Source: Alphaproteobacteria bacterium (GTDB lineage Bacteria; Pseudomonadota; Alphaproteobacteria; Rhizobiales; NORP267). From it: a stretch of 64,000 bases of DNA. The notes under the pieces were generated by a model. The model ran no database searches, was not told the origin of the DNA, and saw nothing but the letters and a program-made list of their open reading frames with translations. The DNA lies in contig JAQRMX010000011.1 of assembly GCA_028599125.1 (NCBI GenBank), forward strand, positions 14,066 to 78,065, read 5' to 3'. Shown here one piece after another: positions 19,351-28,738 of this stretch (position 1 is its first letter; the number at the start of each line of letters is the position of its first letter). The translations under genes and the position numbers were made by a program.

Positions 19351-19683
19351 TCACGAAAATTTCATTCCGGGAAAAAAATGTAAATTTCCTGTCACTTCTT
19401 GTGTCTTCGCCTCAACCAGAATTCCCAGTTTCTTTCTTGCATCATCATGGGCTGCAACAATCAAATCTTCCAAAATACCCACATCAGATGATGTGAAGAG
19501 CGAAGAATCAATAGAAATAGACTTCAGGATACTTTTTCCGTTCAATGTCACAGAAACAAGCCCTCCTACTGCGTCTCCCGTTGCTGTAATGAGCTCAAGT
19601 TCCGTTTGCAGGGTCGCCATCTTAGTTTGCATGTCTTGAGCTTGCCCGATTATCGCATCCCAATCCTTTGTCCCTCCAAACAT
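19351..19683 (-). CDS. ybaB: YbaB/EbfC nucleoid-associated protein
   Basis: 110-aa protein between dnaX and recR with the typical MQ...MQ...L N-terminus and a GGLVSVTLNG core. Confidence 0.88.
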   Translation of the reverse strand: MFGGTKDWDAIIGQAQDMQTKMATLQTELELITATGDAVGGLVSVTLNGKSILKSISIDSSLFTSSDVGILEDLIVAAHDDARKKLGILVEAKTQEVTGNLHFFPGMKFS

Positions 19684-19765
19684 CTAAGCCTTCCTTCCTG
19701 CAAAATAGCTACCCGGTCTTCATCACCAGGAAAAATGTACCGGGGGCGTGCCCCCCTTTCATGCT

Positions 19766-21529
19766 TTATAATGTCTCCTGATGAGCAGAAGACACTTCTG
19801 CATCACAAACATCAACAATTTCAGCACCAGGAAACAAAGTCAACAACCTAACAACCTGTGGATCACTCTCTGCCGCCGTCCACAATTGCAGACGCTTTTT
19901 CTTTTCCTGCTCCTCAATCGTCGCCGCACCACCCTCTTCCAATCTGATTATAGTCCAGCCTATTCCCGTCCATTTTTTCAATTTAATCTTTAAATCCTCA
20001 AGAAAAGAAACAGAAGCCCCCTTAACAAGCTCAAGCTCAATATGCCCGTACGTAAAATGTACAGAACGCACATCTTTTTTCAGAAAATCCTGCACCCGCA
20101 GATCACGATTCTCTTCCGCAAGAGCGATAAGATCCTTAAAGGAAAAAAGCCCGGCCTCCGCAACGGACAGTGAAGAAGCATCCTGCCGATTCGTGGAGAA
20201 AGGTATAATCGGAACTGCTTGCGACAGGCTCGCACCTTGACTCCCCGCAGCAGAGGACGGCATATCATGCACACCTTCCGCCCTACGCCCATGACAATTT
20301 CCAGCACCAGAAACAGACGGAGGAAGGTCATCTTTCAGCTTCCGTATCAGTTCATCTGGTGTCGGTAAATCAGAAAGATGGGCAAGCCGGACCAATAACA
20401 TTTCAGCAGAAGCCAAAGGAGAAAAGCTATTACACACTTCATCAATGCCCTTGATCATGAATTGCCAGATACGGGAAAGAAAACGTACATCAAGCCTTGA
20501 TGAAAGTGATGAAGCTTCACGACGTTCCAACTCAGGAAGACTCCTGTCGTCTACTACAGAAGATACATATTTTATGCGCATCACGAGGTGAACAAAATGC
20601 AAAAGGTCAGAGATAATGATCACCGGATCAGCACCTCGATCATAATGCGCACGCAAGTCAATAAGCGCACGCTTCACATCTCCTTCTACCACAGAACGAA
20701 ACAAACCAATCACGCATTCCGGAGCAACAAGACCAAGCATATCACGCAGATGGGCGGCTTCAACTCTTCCTCCGGAGTGAGTCACCGCTTGATCAAGTAT
20801 AGACAAGACATCACGCGCTGACCCCTCACCCGCCCTGGCAATCAGCAGCAGAGCCTCATCTTCCGCTTCCAGCCCTTCCTGAAGGAGAACAGAACGCATC
20901 AGGTCACACAGGGCCTCAATTTTGATCCGCCGCAAATCAAAACGCTGGCACCGTGATAAAATCGTCACCGGAACCTTGCGGATCTCCGTTGTCGCCAGAA
21001 TAAATTTTACATGTTCGGGTGGCTCTTCAAGAGTCTTGAGCAAACCGTTAAAAGCCTGAGTCGAAAGCATGTGAATTTCATCAATGATATAGACCTTATA
21101 ACGTGCAGAAACAGGCTTGTAGGGAACACGATCGGTGATCTCGCGAATATCATCAATCCCCGTATGAGAGGCAGCATCCATTTCAATCACATCCACATGG
21201 CGCGATTCCATAATAGCTGAGCAATGGACCCCAAGCCGTTCCATTACAGCACATGGGGCATCCGGTTCACCAGGAATCTGGTAGTTAAGGGCACGAGCAA
21301 TGATGCGAGCCGTCGTTGTTTTTCCAACCCCGCGGACCCCTGTCAACATATAGCCCTGTGCAATCCGGCCTGTCTTAAAGGCATTGATTAACGTCCGCGC
21401 AACAGGCTCCTGACCAACCAGATCACCAAAGGTCATAGGGCGATATTTGCGCGCAAAAACACGATAGCCCTTCTGTAAAGGCTCAGCCAGGGAAGAACCG
21501 CACACGCCTTCTGTGCTTACTGTGATCAT
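19766..21529 (-). CDS. dnaX: DNA polymerase III subunit tau/gamma
   Basis: ARKYRPMTFGDLVGQ, Walker A GVRGVGKTTTARI, DEIHML and SRCQRF. GGAG RBS. Confidence 0.92.
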   Translation of the reverse strand: MITVSTEGVCGSSLAEPLQKGYRVFARKYRPMTFGDLVGQEPVARTLINAFKTGRIAQGYMLTGVRGVGKTTTARIIARALNYQIPGEPDAPCAVMERLGVHCSAIMESRHVDVIEMDAASHTGIDDIREITDRVPYKPVSARYKVYIIDEIHMLSTQAFNGLLKTLEEPPEHVKFILATTEIRKVPVTILSRCQRFDLRRIKIEALCDLMRSVLLQEGLEAEDEALLLIARAGEGSARDVLSILDQAVTHSGGRVEAAHLRDMLGLVAPECVIGLFRSVVEGDVKRALIDLRAHYDRGADPVIIISDLLHFVHLVMRIKYVSSVVDDRSLPELERREASSLSSRLDVRFLSRIWQFMIKGIDEVCNSFSPLASAEMLLVRLAHLSDLPTPDELIRKLKDDLPPSVSGAGNCHGRRAEGVHDMPSSAAGSQGASLSQAVPIIPFSTNRQDASSLSVAEAGLFSFKDLIALAEENRDLRVQDFLKKDVRSVHFTYGHIELELVKGASVSFLEDLKIKLKKWTGIGWTIIRLEEGGAATIEEQEKKKRLQLWTAAESDPQVVRLLTLFPGAEIVDVCDAEVSSAHQETL

Positions 21530-21595
21530 TATTCAACTCCGCGCCGCGTTATAAACGCAAATCCCTGATAACAGCGCATTTCATAAAAATACTCA

Positions 21596-21687
21596 GGAGG
21601 CCGGCAACGACCCGTTCCGGGTTCGTTAGGGCTGCTTCCTTCCGGATCTGACCCACTTGGCGAACGGAACGTCCGCGCCGACCTCCC
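21596..21687 (-). ncRNA. ffs: signal recognition particle RNA (4.5S, small bacterial type)
   Basis: The minus strand reads GGGAGGTCGGCGCGG...GGTCAGATCCGGAAGGAAGCAGCC...GCCGGCCTCC. The conserved domain IV motif GGUCAG-UCCGGAAGGAAGCAGCC is present and the 5'/3' ends pair. Sits directly upstream of dnaX, as is usual in alphaproteobacteria. Confidence 0.9.
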
Positions 21688-22465
21688 ATTTCCAGTATTG
21701 TCATTCTTAAAGATGACGCAAGCCCGTTAATCCCTTCCGTCTCCACGGCTACACAATTCCCCTTCAAAAGATAAGAAAAAAGAAAGGTATATTTAGCTAT
21801 CAAAATAGAGATGGGAGAGAAAACGCAAGGAAACTTTCTTCAGGAACTTCAAATTCAATACCGGTATGCCTTCATAAGGCACACTGCCACGTGATTAATG
21901 TATAGAATCGTTAATATGGAGAAAAAAGACTCCCAAACAAGAAAGATATGCAGAAAATTACGGTTGAAAAGATGTTAACAATATGAATGCCGATTCCCTA
22001 CAATTGACGGTGGATCCCAATTATCACAGGGGGAGTCTAGCTCCATAAAGAAAGAAAATTCAAAGCTTATTCGGCTCTGACAAAGAGGCTCTCCTGAAAA
22101 ACAAATAGAACTGAGGCTAAAAAAAGGAACTGTAGAGGCCCCTCGGCGAATGGTTCTTGCCCACTATCACTGCTACCCTCAAGGGTTTATAGAAACACCG
22201 AGAATAGGAAAGTCCTGTATCTTACGCTTGCCTGAAATTCGGCCACTTTATGACAAAAGGATCGGGCTCTCCTACATCAGGACATTCAACATCTGCCTCC
22301 GTGAAAGCAAGCTATTCAGAAGGCCTTCATCATTATTTCTGGCATCTTGTAAAAAATATTGTGGAATCAATTGAAAGAGCAGGTCGTCCTTATTTCATAA
22401 AGTGACCAAGGAAGATTGAAAATTTCTACCTCTCTTTTTTGTCTTGGCGGCAAAAAATACATTAT

Positions 22466-22493
22466 TAAAGATAACAAAATAAAGATAACAAAG
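22466..22493. repeat. 14-bp tandem duplication (TAAAGATAACAAAA / TAAAGATAACAAAG)
   Basis: Counted directly; two adjacent copies with one mismatch, in non-coding DNA. Confidence 0.9.
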
Positions 22494-22739
22494 TCGACAC
22501 CCCTTACATCCCATGAAAAAGAAACTCATTGGACCGAACCCCGGGCACCAGGCCGCAATAGTGTTTAAAATTCAGAAAATCATCGCCATACAGGAAATTA
22601 TTTTCGAATGAGAGGCATGGACAAAACATAAATGAAAAGAGAGACATACGGCTCTGTTTATCTAGCCTGAAAGAGTGACAATTCTTTGATGATCTCCTGA
22701 AAAAGCAAAAAAATTGCCGCCAAAAGCTGCATTTGCTAT

Positions 22740-22769
22740 TTTTAAGCATTAGAATTTTAAGCATTAGAA
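22740..22769. repeat. 15-bp perfect tandem duplication (TTTTAAGCATTAGAA x2)
   Basis: Counted directly; non-coding DNA upstream of the cytochrome c gene. Confidence 0.9.
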
Positions 22770-23147
22770 ATGTGCGAGGCTATCAAATCTGCTTCTTTCA
22801 AGGCAATTCCACTCCTTAACAGAGGACAATAAAAGCCGAAAAATCCCTGACACCATCTGTCAATTATGCTCCATCAGGGTGACCATATAGCTAAAAATCA
22901 ACTTGAAATTCTCTCAGAAACTTTTCTACAGGCAAGTTTTTGTCCGGGAAACACTCTTTCTCCCTGCCAGAGACGTCATTTAGCTGAATTATGTATTGCC
23001 TTGACAGGGTTAAAGCCTATACTTTGTGGGAACGATTTTCACTCTCGCTGTCACCAGCTCATCCTACCGCCCTTCTTGGCGAGCAAGATAGGCGACTTGT
23101 TCAGGAACCAGTTCGGATTTCAGCTTCAAGATATCCCGGAGTTTCAG

Positions 23148-23852
23148 ATGTCAAACAATTTTGGTTTTGAACTCAACAAAATCGCGGCAGCGGTCCTATC
23201 TTCCCTTTTGTTTGTATTAGCTATCGGTAAAGTCTCAAATTTCCTGTTTCCGACTTCTTACAACGAAACAGCTTCCCATAGCAGCCTTTCCACGAAAAAG
23301 CCCCCAAAGGTTGTGGCTGCCTCAGAAATTGTACCAAAAATTTCGTTCGCTGAATTGCTTGCAAGTGGAAATTCGGAAAAAGGTGCCATCATCGCTAAAA
23401 GAAAGTGCGCATCATGTCACACGTTTCAGAAGGGAGGACGAAACAGGATCGGTCCGAATTTGTACGGGATTGCAGGACGGACGATTGCCTTTGATAAAGG
23501 TTTTTCTTATTCCTCTGCTCTAAAAAAGATCGACGATGTATGGTCTTGGAAAAGGCTTGAAGCTTTCCTTGAATCTCCGAGAAAATACGCGCCGGGTACA
23601 AAAATGACATTTATAGGGCTCAAAAAAGATAAGGAACGGGCAAACGTGCTTGCTTACATGAAAACCATCTCACCTGAAGCGCCGCCCTTTCCGGAAATTC
23701 CCCCTGCGGAACCCGAAGAAAAAAAAGAAATTGAAAGCTCAAAATCTGTAAAAAGGGAAACAGGACCGATAAAAAAAGAGGATGAGAACTCAAAACCCGT
23801 AAAAGAAGAAACAAAACCCATAAAAAAGAAAAAACAGACAAACATGAAATGA
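23148..23852 (+). CDS. membrane-anchored c-type cytochrome (CycM-like) with a Lys/Glu/Pro-rich C-terminal tail
   Basis: Heme motif CASCH, GPNLYG and a distal Met in PGTKMTF. N-terminal anchor AAAVLSSLLFVLAIG. Start placed at the ATG at 23148 (MSNNFGFELNK...). The 94 upstream in-frame codons of ORF 22866.. do not look protein-like. Confidence 0.75.
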   Translation: MSNNFGFELNKIAAAVLSSLLFVLAIGKVSNFLFPTSYNETASHSSLSTKKPPKVVAASEIVPKISFAELLASGNSEKGAIIAKRKCASCHTFQKGGRNRIGPNLYGIAGRTIAFDKGFSYSSALKKIDDVWSWKRLEAFLESPRKYAPGTKMTFIGLKKDKERANVLAYMKTISPEAPPFPEIPPAEPEEKKEIESSKSVKRETGPIKKEDENSKPVKEETKPIKKKKQTNMK

Positions 23853-24166
23853 GAATGAAAAATCGGGATCTTCGAAAAATCATTAATCCCTAATAAAGAA
23901 TTTCACTCGGAATACGCCGGATTTTCGTTTCATGCGCTGCCTTCCGCTTTAGCTTGCACTCCGGGCTTCATCCTTGACGTCAGCTTCATGGGCTCTCCTT
24001 TAAGAAAAGGAACCGCAGGCACTAAAAAGAAAGAAATCGCGGGCTTTCGTGACATGACTTGATCTCTATCCTTCCATTATTCCAGTTATCTCCCTCTCAT
24101 CTGCCGCAAGAGAAATGGGAACAAGCCAAAAGAACAGACCATATGCTTCAGGAAAGGAAACAGGCG

Positions 24167-26035
24167 ATGGAGATAAAAGGCAGCACAGAAACAAAGCGTA
24201 GTGTAATGATGGTGATTGTAACCTTCATCATTTCCTTTTATACCTCCGGGGTTCGAGCAGAAGAAAAAATCTGGCGGCACGGCGTATCGCTCATAGGAGA
24301 GCTAAAATACCACCCAGATTTCAAACATTTCGATTACGTTAATCCGGAAGCACCCAAAGGAGGGCAGTTGCGCCTTGCAACAACCGGCACATTCAATACC
24401 CTGAACCCGGCGATACCCAAAGGCATATTACCGCCTGGGCTCTATCGAATTTACGACAGCCTGACTACCACAGGCCATGATGAAACTTCCAGTGAATATG
24501 GCCTCTTGGCAGAGGCCATATCATACCCGGATGATCTCTCCTCTGTAACATACCGCCTGAGAGCCAATGCAAAATGGCATGACGGAAAGCCCATTACCGT
24601 CGAAGACGTCATCTTTTCCTTTCAAACTTTCAAAAAAATGCACCCGGTACGAAGCAGCTATTACAGGGATGTCCTGAAAGTTGAAAAAACAGGACCACGT
24701 GATGTTACTTTCACACTTAAACAGAAAGGGAATCGCAAGCTACCGCTCATTCTAGGAAAGCTGCTCATTCTGCCTCAACATTGGTGGAAAGGAAAAAATC
24801 CTTCTGGAAAATTGCGTAATATCGCTTTAACCACTACAGAACCGACCCTGGGTTCAGGCCCCTATCGCATCAAAGAGGTCGTTTCAGGGCAGCATATTGT
24901 ATATGAACGGGTCAAGGATTACTGGGGTAAAAAATTACCCTCAAATCGTGGAATGTATAACTTTGAAAAAATCCGCTATGACGTCTATCAGGACAGTCAC
25001 ATAGCTTTTGAAGCCTTCAAGGCAGACCGGTTTGACTGGCACATTGAAAATTATGCAAAGCGCTGGGCAACCGCTTACAATTTCCCTGCTTTAAAAAAGG
25101 GCCTCGTTAAAATACAGGAATTTTCACAAAGCAGATATCATATCATGCAAGCCTACATCTTTAACCTGCGCCGTGAAAAATTCAAAGATCCGCGCGTAAG
25201 GCGCGCTTTCAATTATGCCTTCAATTTCGAAGCCATCAATACCTCTCTATTTCACAATCAGTATCAACGGATCAATAGTTACTTCGGGAATAGTGAACTT
25301 GCGTCCTCAGGTCTTCCGCAAACGGCAGAGTTAAAAATACTTAAATCCATTCGCAGCCGCATCCCCGTACAGATATTCACCACACCCTACACAAACCCTA
25401 AAGGTGGAAAATCCCTGATCATGCGCAAAAATCTACGCAAAGCATCCCAACTCCTTCAGGAGGCAGGATGGGAAATCCGCGCAGGTAAACGCGTCAATGC
25501 TAAAACAGGAGAAATTATGAGCGTTGAATTCCTATATGCGGCACAGGAATTTGAGCGTATCATACTTTCTTACAAGCCCTGGCTCACACGACTTGGAATC
25601 CAGATCAAGCCAAAGCGTGTCAGTTCAAGCGAGTATGTCACCCTCTTGCGCAATTTCGATTTTGATATCATCACAAATGGCTGGTATCAATCCCTCTCCC
25701 CCGGGAGTGAACTACGCGAGGTCTTTGGTTCAAAAGCTGCCGACACTCCGGGGTCTTCAAATTTTGCGGGAATCAAGGATCCCGCCATTGATGAACTCAT
25801 AGAAAAGATTGTCTTTGCCGACAATAGGGAAACAATAACCGCTGCAGCCAAGGCACTTGATCTTGTCCTCCTGTGGAATCACTATACCATACCGCAATAT
25901 TCACAAAAAAATACTAGAACGGCAAGATGGGATCGCTTCTCATATCCAGAAAAACTCCCTCCCTATTCTTTCGGATTCCCTGAAATCTGGTGGTGGAATC
26001 CTGATAAAGCAGCCTATATAAAGGCGCAAAAATAA
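24167..26035 (+). CDS. yejA: ABC transporter periplasmic binding protein, family 5 (YejA-like peptide/microcin C uptake)
   Basis: Large SBP_bac_5-like protein with a signal-like N-terminus (VMMVIVTFIISFYTSGVRA), followed by yejB/E/F-like genes. Start chosen at the ATG at 24167 (AGGAAA RBS); 24143 and 24059 are alternatives. Confidence 0.8.
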   Translation: MEIKGSTETKRSVMMVIVTFIISFYTSGVRAEEKIWRHGVSLIGELKYHPDFKHFDYVNPEAPKGGQLRLATTGTFNTLNPAIPKGILPPGLYRIYDSLTTTGHDETSSEYGLLAEAISYPDDLSSVTYRLRANAKWHDGKPITVEDVIFSFQTFKKMHPVRSSYYRDVLKVEKTGPRDVTFTLKQKGNRKLPLILGKLLILPQHWWKGKNPSGKLRNIALTTTEPTLGSGPYRIKEVVSGQHIVYERVKDYWGKKLPSNRGMYNFEKIRYDVYQDSHIAFEAFKADRFDWHIENYAKRWATAYNFPALKKGLVKIQEFSQSRYHIMQAYIFNLRREKFKDPRVRRAFNYAFNFEAINTSLFHNQYQRINSYFGNSELASSGLPQTAELKILKSIRSRIPVQIFTTPYTNPKGGKSLIMRKNLRKASQLLQEAGWEIRAGKRVNAKTGEIMSVEFLYAAQEFERIILSYKPWLTRLGIQIKPKRVSSSEYVTLLRNFDFDIITNGWYQSLSPGSELREVFGSKAADTPGSSNFAGIKDPAIDELIEKIVFADNRETITAAAKALDLVLLWNHYTIPQYSQKNTRTARWDRFSYPEKLPPYSFGFPEIWWWNPDKAAYIKAQK

Positions 26036-26453
26036 GAGAAAAAAGGAAGGATGAATGTCCATATTCGTCGCGTTGATCTACGACACAGCACCGAGGCAAC
26101 AGGCAAACGAGCCCCTTCTTTCTCCTTCCCTCATAAATGAACATTATGACGTTCGGAAAAGCAGGATCAGAAACATTTCCAGGCACTAATCTGTCCTTCA
26201 ATATTGTTAATCAGGAAATTAACTTCTTGAAAAAATATTGAAAAAACAGTTCCAATAACCCAGTAAACCCTACAAAAATAAGGTAAACTGTTGATCGTGT
26301 TCTGAAGATCGGAGCCGAAACATTCCCGGCGCGCATAACAGATCACAGATTCAGGCAATATATGAAAATCCAGGGGATAATTTCCATCATGCATATCACA
26401 ATCCCGACATGGCAGAACACCCCCCTTCCTCCAGGAAAAGGAAGATGCGGACA

Positions 26454-27542
26454 ATGACCACCTATATCATTCGACGCCTACTTCTGATCATCCCGACTGT
26501 TTTTGCAATCATGTCGATCTCTTTCATCCTCATCCAGTTTGCGCCAGGAGGACCTATAGAAAAATTTATCGCACAATTATCTCACATTGAAGGAACCGCG
26601 CAGGAGCAAGGCGATGTCCTAGGTTCCTCAGAGACGACACAAGGAGCGCGAAAAATTTCTCTAAAATACCAGGGAGCACAAGGGCTTGATCCGCGATTCA
26701 TTAAAGCACTGGAAAAACAATTCGGTTTTGACAAAAGCGCACATGAACGATTCCGTCTTATGATGTGGAATTTTTTGCACTTTGATTTCGGTATGAGCTA
26801 TTTTCGTGATGTCCCTGTCATTGATCTCATTAAGGAAAAACTCCCTGTTTCCATATCTCTTGGACTGTGGGTCATGCTTATTTCCTACAGTATTTCGATC
26901 CCCCTCGGCATTGCAAAAGCAATGCGTGATGGAACATCTTTTGATACCTGGACATCCACAATGATCATTATCGGCTATGCGGTACCAAGTTTCCTGCTAG
27001 CTATCCTGCTCATCGTTCTTTTCGCCGGAGGATCCTTCCTTGATTATTTTCCATTTCGCGGATTAACTTCGGAAAACTGGCAAGAAATGGGACTATGGGA
27101 AAAATTCACCGACTATCTTCGGCACATTACACTTCCCATAATTTCGCTGGCAACAGGCTCTTTTGCTATAACGACCCTGTTGACTAAAAATGCATTCCTT
27201 GATGAAATCAGGAAGCAATATGTCATTACCGCGCGCGCTAAGGGATTGAGCGAACGCCGGATATTTTACAGACACATCTTCCGCAATGCCATGCTAGTAA
27301 TTATTGCGGGATTCCCCGGCGCTTTTATAGGGGCTTTCTTTACAGGCTCCTTGCTCATTGAAACCATCTTCTCACTTGATGGGCTCGGACGGCTTTCTTT
27401 TGAGGCAATTATGAATCGCGATTATCCTGTCGTTTTCGCAAACCTGTATATTTTTTCCCTTGTAGGACTCACAATCAATCTCATCAATGATTTAATTTAC
27501 CACTGGGTTGATCCACGTATCAATTTTGAGCGCCATGCATGA
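26454..27542 (+). CDS. yejB: ABC transporter permease (YejB-like)
   Basis: N-terminus MTTYIIRRLLLIIPTVFAIMSISFILIQFAPGGP matches the DppB/YejB type. EAA-like loop ARAKGLSERRIFYRHIFRNA. Start moved to 26454. Confidence 0.85.
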   Translation: MTTYIIRRLLLIIPTVFAIMSISFILIQFAPGGPIEKFIAQLSHIEGTAQEQGDVLGSSETTQGARKISLKYQGAQGLDPRFIKALEKQFGFDKSAHERFRLMMWNFLHFDFGMSYFRDVPVIDLIKEKLPVSISLGLWVMLISYSISIPLGIAKAMRDGTSFDTWTSTMIIIGYAVPSFLLAILLIVLFAGGSFLDYFPFRGLTSENWQEMGLWEKFTDYLRHITLPIISLATGSFAITTLLTKNAFLDEIRKQYVITARAKGLSERRIFYRHIFRNAMLVIIAGFPGAFIGAFFTGSLLIETIFSLDGLGRLSFEAIMNRDYPVVFANLYIFSLVGLTINLINDLIYHWVDPRINFERHA

Positions 27543-27580
27543 TATTTAAATCCCGTTTAATCCTCACAAAATGAGAGACT

Positions 27581-28651
27581 ATGGTCATTCCCTTTCGAAA
27601 GATACAGATTGATGACAAGAAGCGTGGCTTCCTTTCCCCGTTGAATCAACGACGTTGGAATGATTTCAAGGCCAGAAAACGTGGCTATGTATCTCTGTGG
27701 ATTTTCAGTATTCTGTTCACTTTTTCCCTTTTTGCTGAATTTATTGCCAATGACAAACCGTTACTCATCAAATTCAAAGCAAATTATTACACGCCAATCC
27801 TTGTAAATTACATAGAAACTGACTTCGGGGGTGAATTTGAAACTGAAGCTGATTATCGTGACCCTTATGTCCAGAGCCTAATCAACGCAGACGGATGGAT
27901 GCTCTGGCCAGCACTTCACTACAGCTACCAAACGATAAACCATAACCTCCCGTCTCCGGCCCCGTCCCCTCCTTCAACAGAAAACTGGCTCGGAACTGAC
28001 GATCAAGGACGGGACGTTCTTGCACGTATTATATACGGATTTCGGGTTTGCATCCTGTTCGGTCTGCTCCTGACCTGTGTCTCTTCCATAATAGGAATCA
28101 TCATTGGGGCCATACAGGGATATTTTGGCGGCTGGACAGATATGCTTCTCCAGCGCTTCATTGAAATCTGGAATGCCATACCGGCCCTCTATCTGCTGCT
28201 CATCGTAGCCTCTATCATTGAGCCGGGCTTCTGGATTCTCCTCGGTGTACTTCTTCTTTTTTCATGGGTAACATTGGTAGGTGTCGTTCGTGCTGAATTT
28301 CTACGGGGACGTAATTTCGAGTATATCAAGGCCGCACGCGCACTTGGCCTTCCCAACAGCCTTATCATGTTCAGACACTTACTCCCCAACGCCATGGTCG
28401 CGACCCTGACATTCATACCTTTTATTCTAAATGGCTCAATCGTAACATTGACTTCGCTTGATTTTTTTGGTTATGGCCTGCCACCAGGTTCTCCATCTCT
28501 GGGTGAATTATTACAGCAGGGAAAATCCAACCTCCAGGCTCCCTGGCTTGGTATTAGCGGTTTTTGTATTGTAGCTCTCATCCTCAGCCTGCTCGTCTTT
28601 ATCGGTGAAGCCGTACGTGATGCCTTTGACCCTAGAAAAACCTCAGGATGA
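27581..28651 (+). CDS. yejE: ABC transporter permease (YejE-like)
   Basis: DppC/YejE-type permease with NWLGTDDQGRDVLARIIYG and EAA loop AARALGLPNSLIMFRHLLPNA. Confidence 0.85.
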   Translation: MVIPFRKIQIDDKKRGFLSPLNQRRWNDFKARKRGYVSLWIFSILFTFSLFAEFIANDKPLLIKFKANYYTPILVNYIETDFGGEFETEADYRDPYVQSLINADGWMLWPALHYSYQTINHNLPSPAPSPPSTENWLGTDDQGRDVLARIIYGFRVCILFGLLLTCVSSIIGIIIGAIQGYFGGWTDMLLQRFIEIWNAIPALYLLLIVASIIEPGFWILLGVLLLFSWVTLVGVVRAEFLRGRNFEYIKAARALGLPNSLIMFRHLLPNAMVATLTFIPFILNGSIVTLTSLDFFGYGLPPGSPSLGELLQQGKSNLQAPWLGISGFCIVALILSLLVFIGEAVRDAFDPRKTSG

Positions 28652-28738
28652 GCACAGTGAGATATCCCATTAAAACAGTGCTTCTTTCCACTCCCCCTTT
28701 CTCTTCCTCTCACAGCCATCCATGGAGGAGCAATCATA

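Noticed and set aside
20074-20081. A-run (CTGAAAAAAGAT on the coding strand) in dnaX as a possible gamma-subunit frameshift site
   Set aside because: The A AAA AAG heptamer is not in the zero-frame register needed for -1 slippage (codons are CTG AAA AAA GAT). It lies far into the C-terminal region, and I saw no downstream stem-loop. Alphaproteobacteria are not known to use the E. coli mechanism.
21549-21803. 84-aa minus-strand ORF upstream of dnaX
   Set aside because: It overlaps the 4.5S/SRP RNA gene (21596..21687). The conserved RNA explains the sequence conservation better than a protein does.
22206-22215. AGGAAAGTCC, reminiscent of the RNase P RNA P4 region
   Set aside because: None of the other universally conserved RNase P RNA blocks or helices are present around it, so it is an isolated decamer match.
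22866-23147. 94-codon N-terminal extension of the cytochrome c ORF
   Set aside because: It has no RBS at 22866 and Cys/His/Gln-rich non-protein-like composition. The membrane anchor and heme domain begin after the ATG at 23148.
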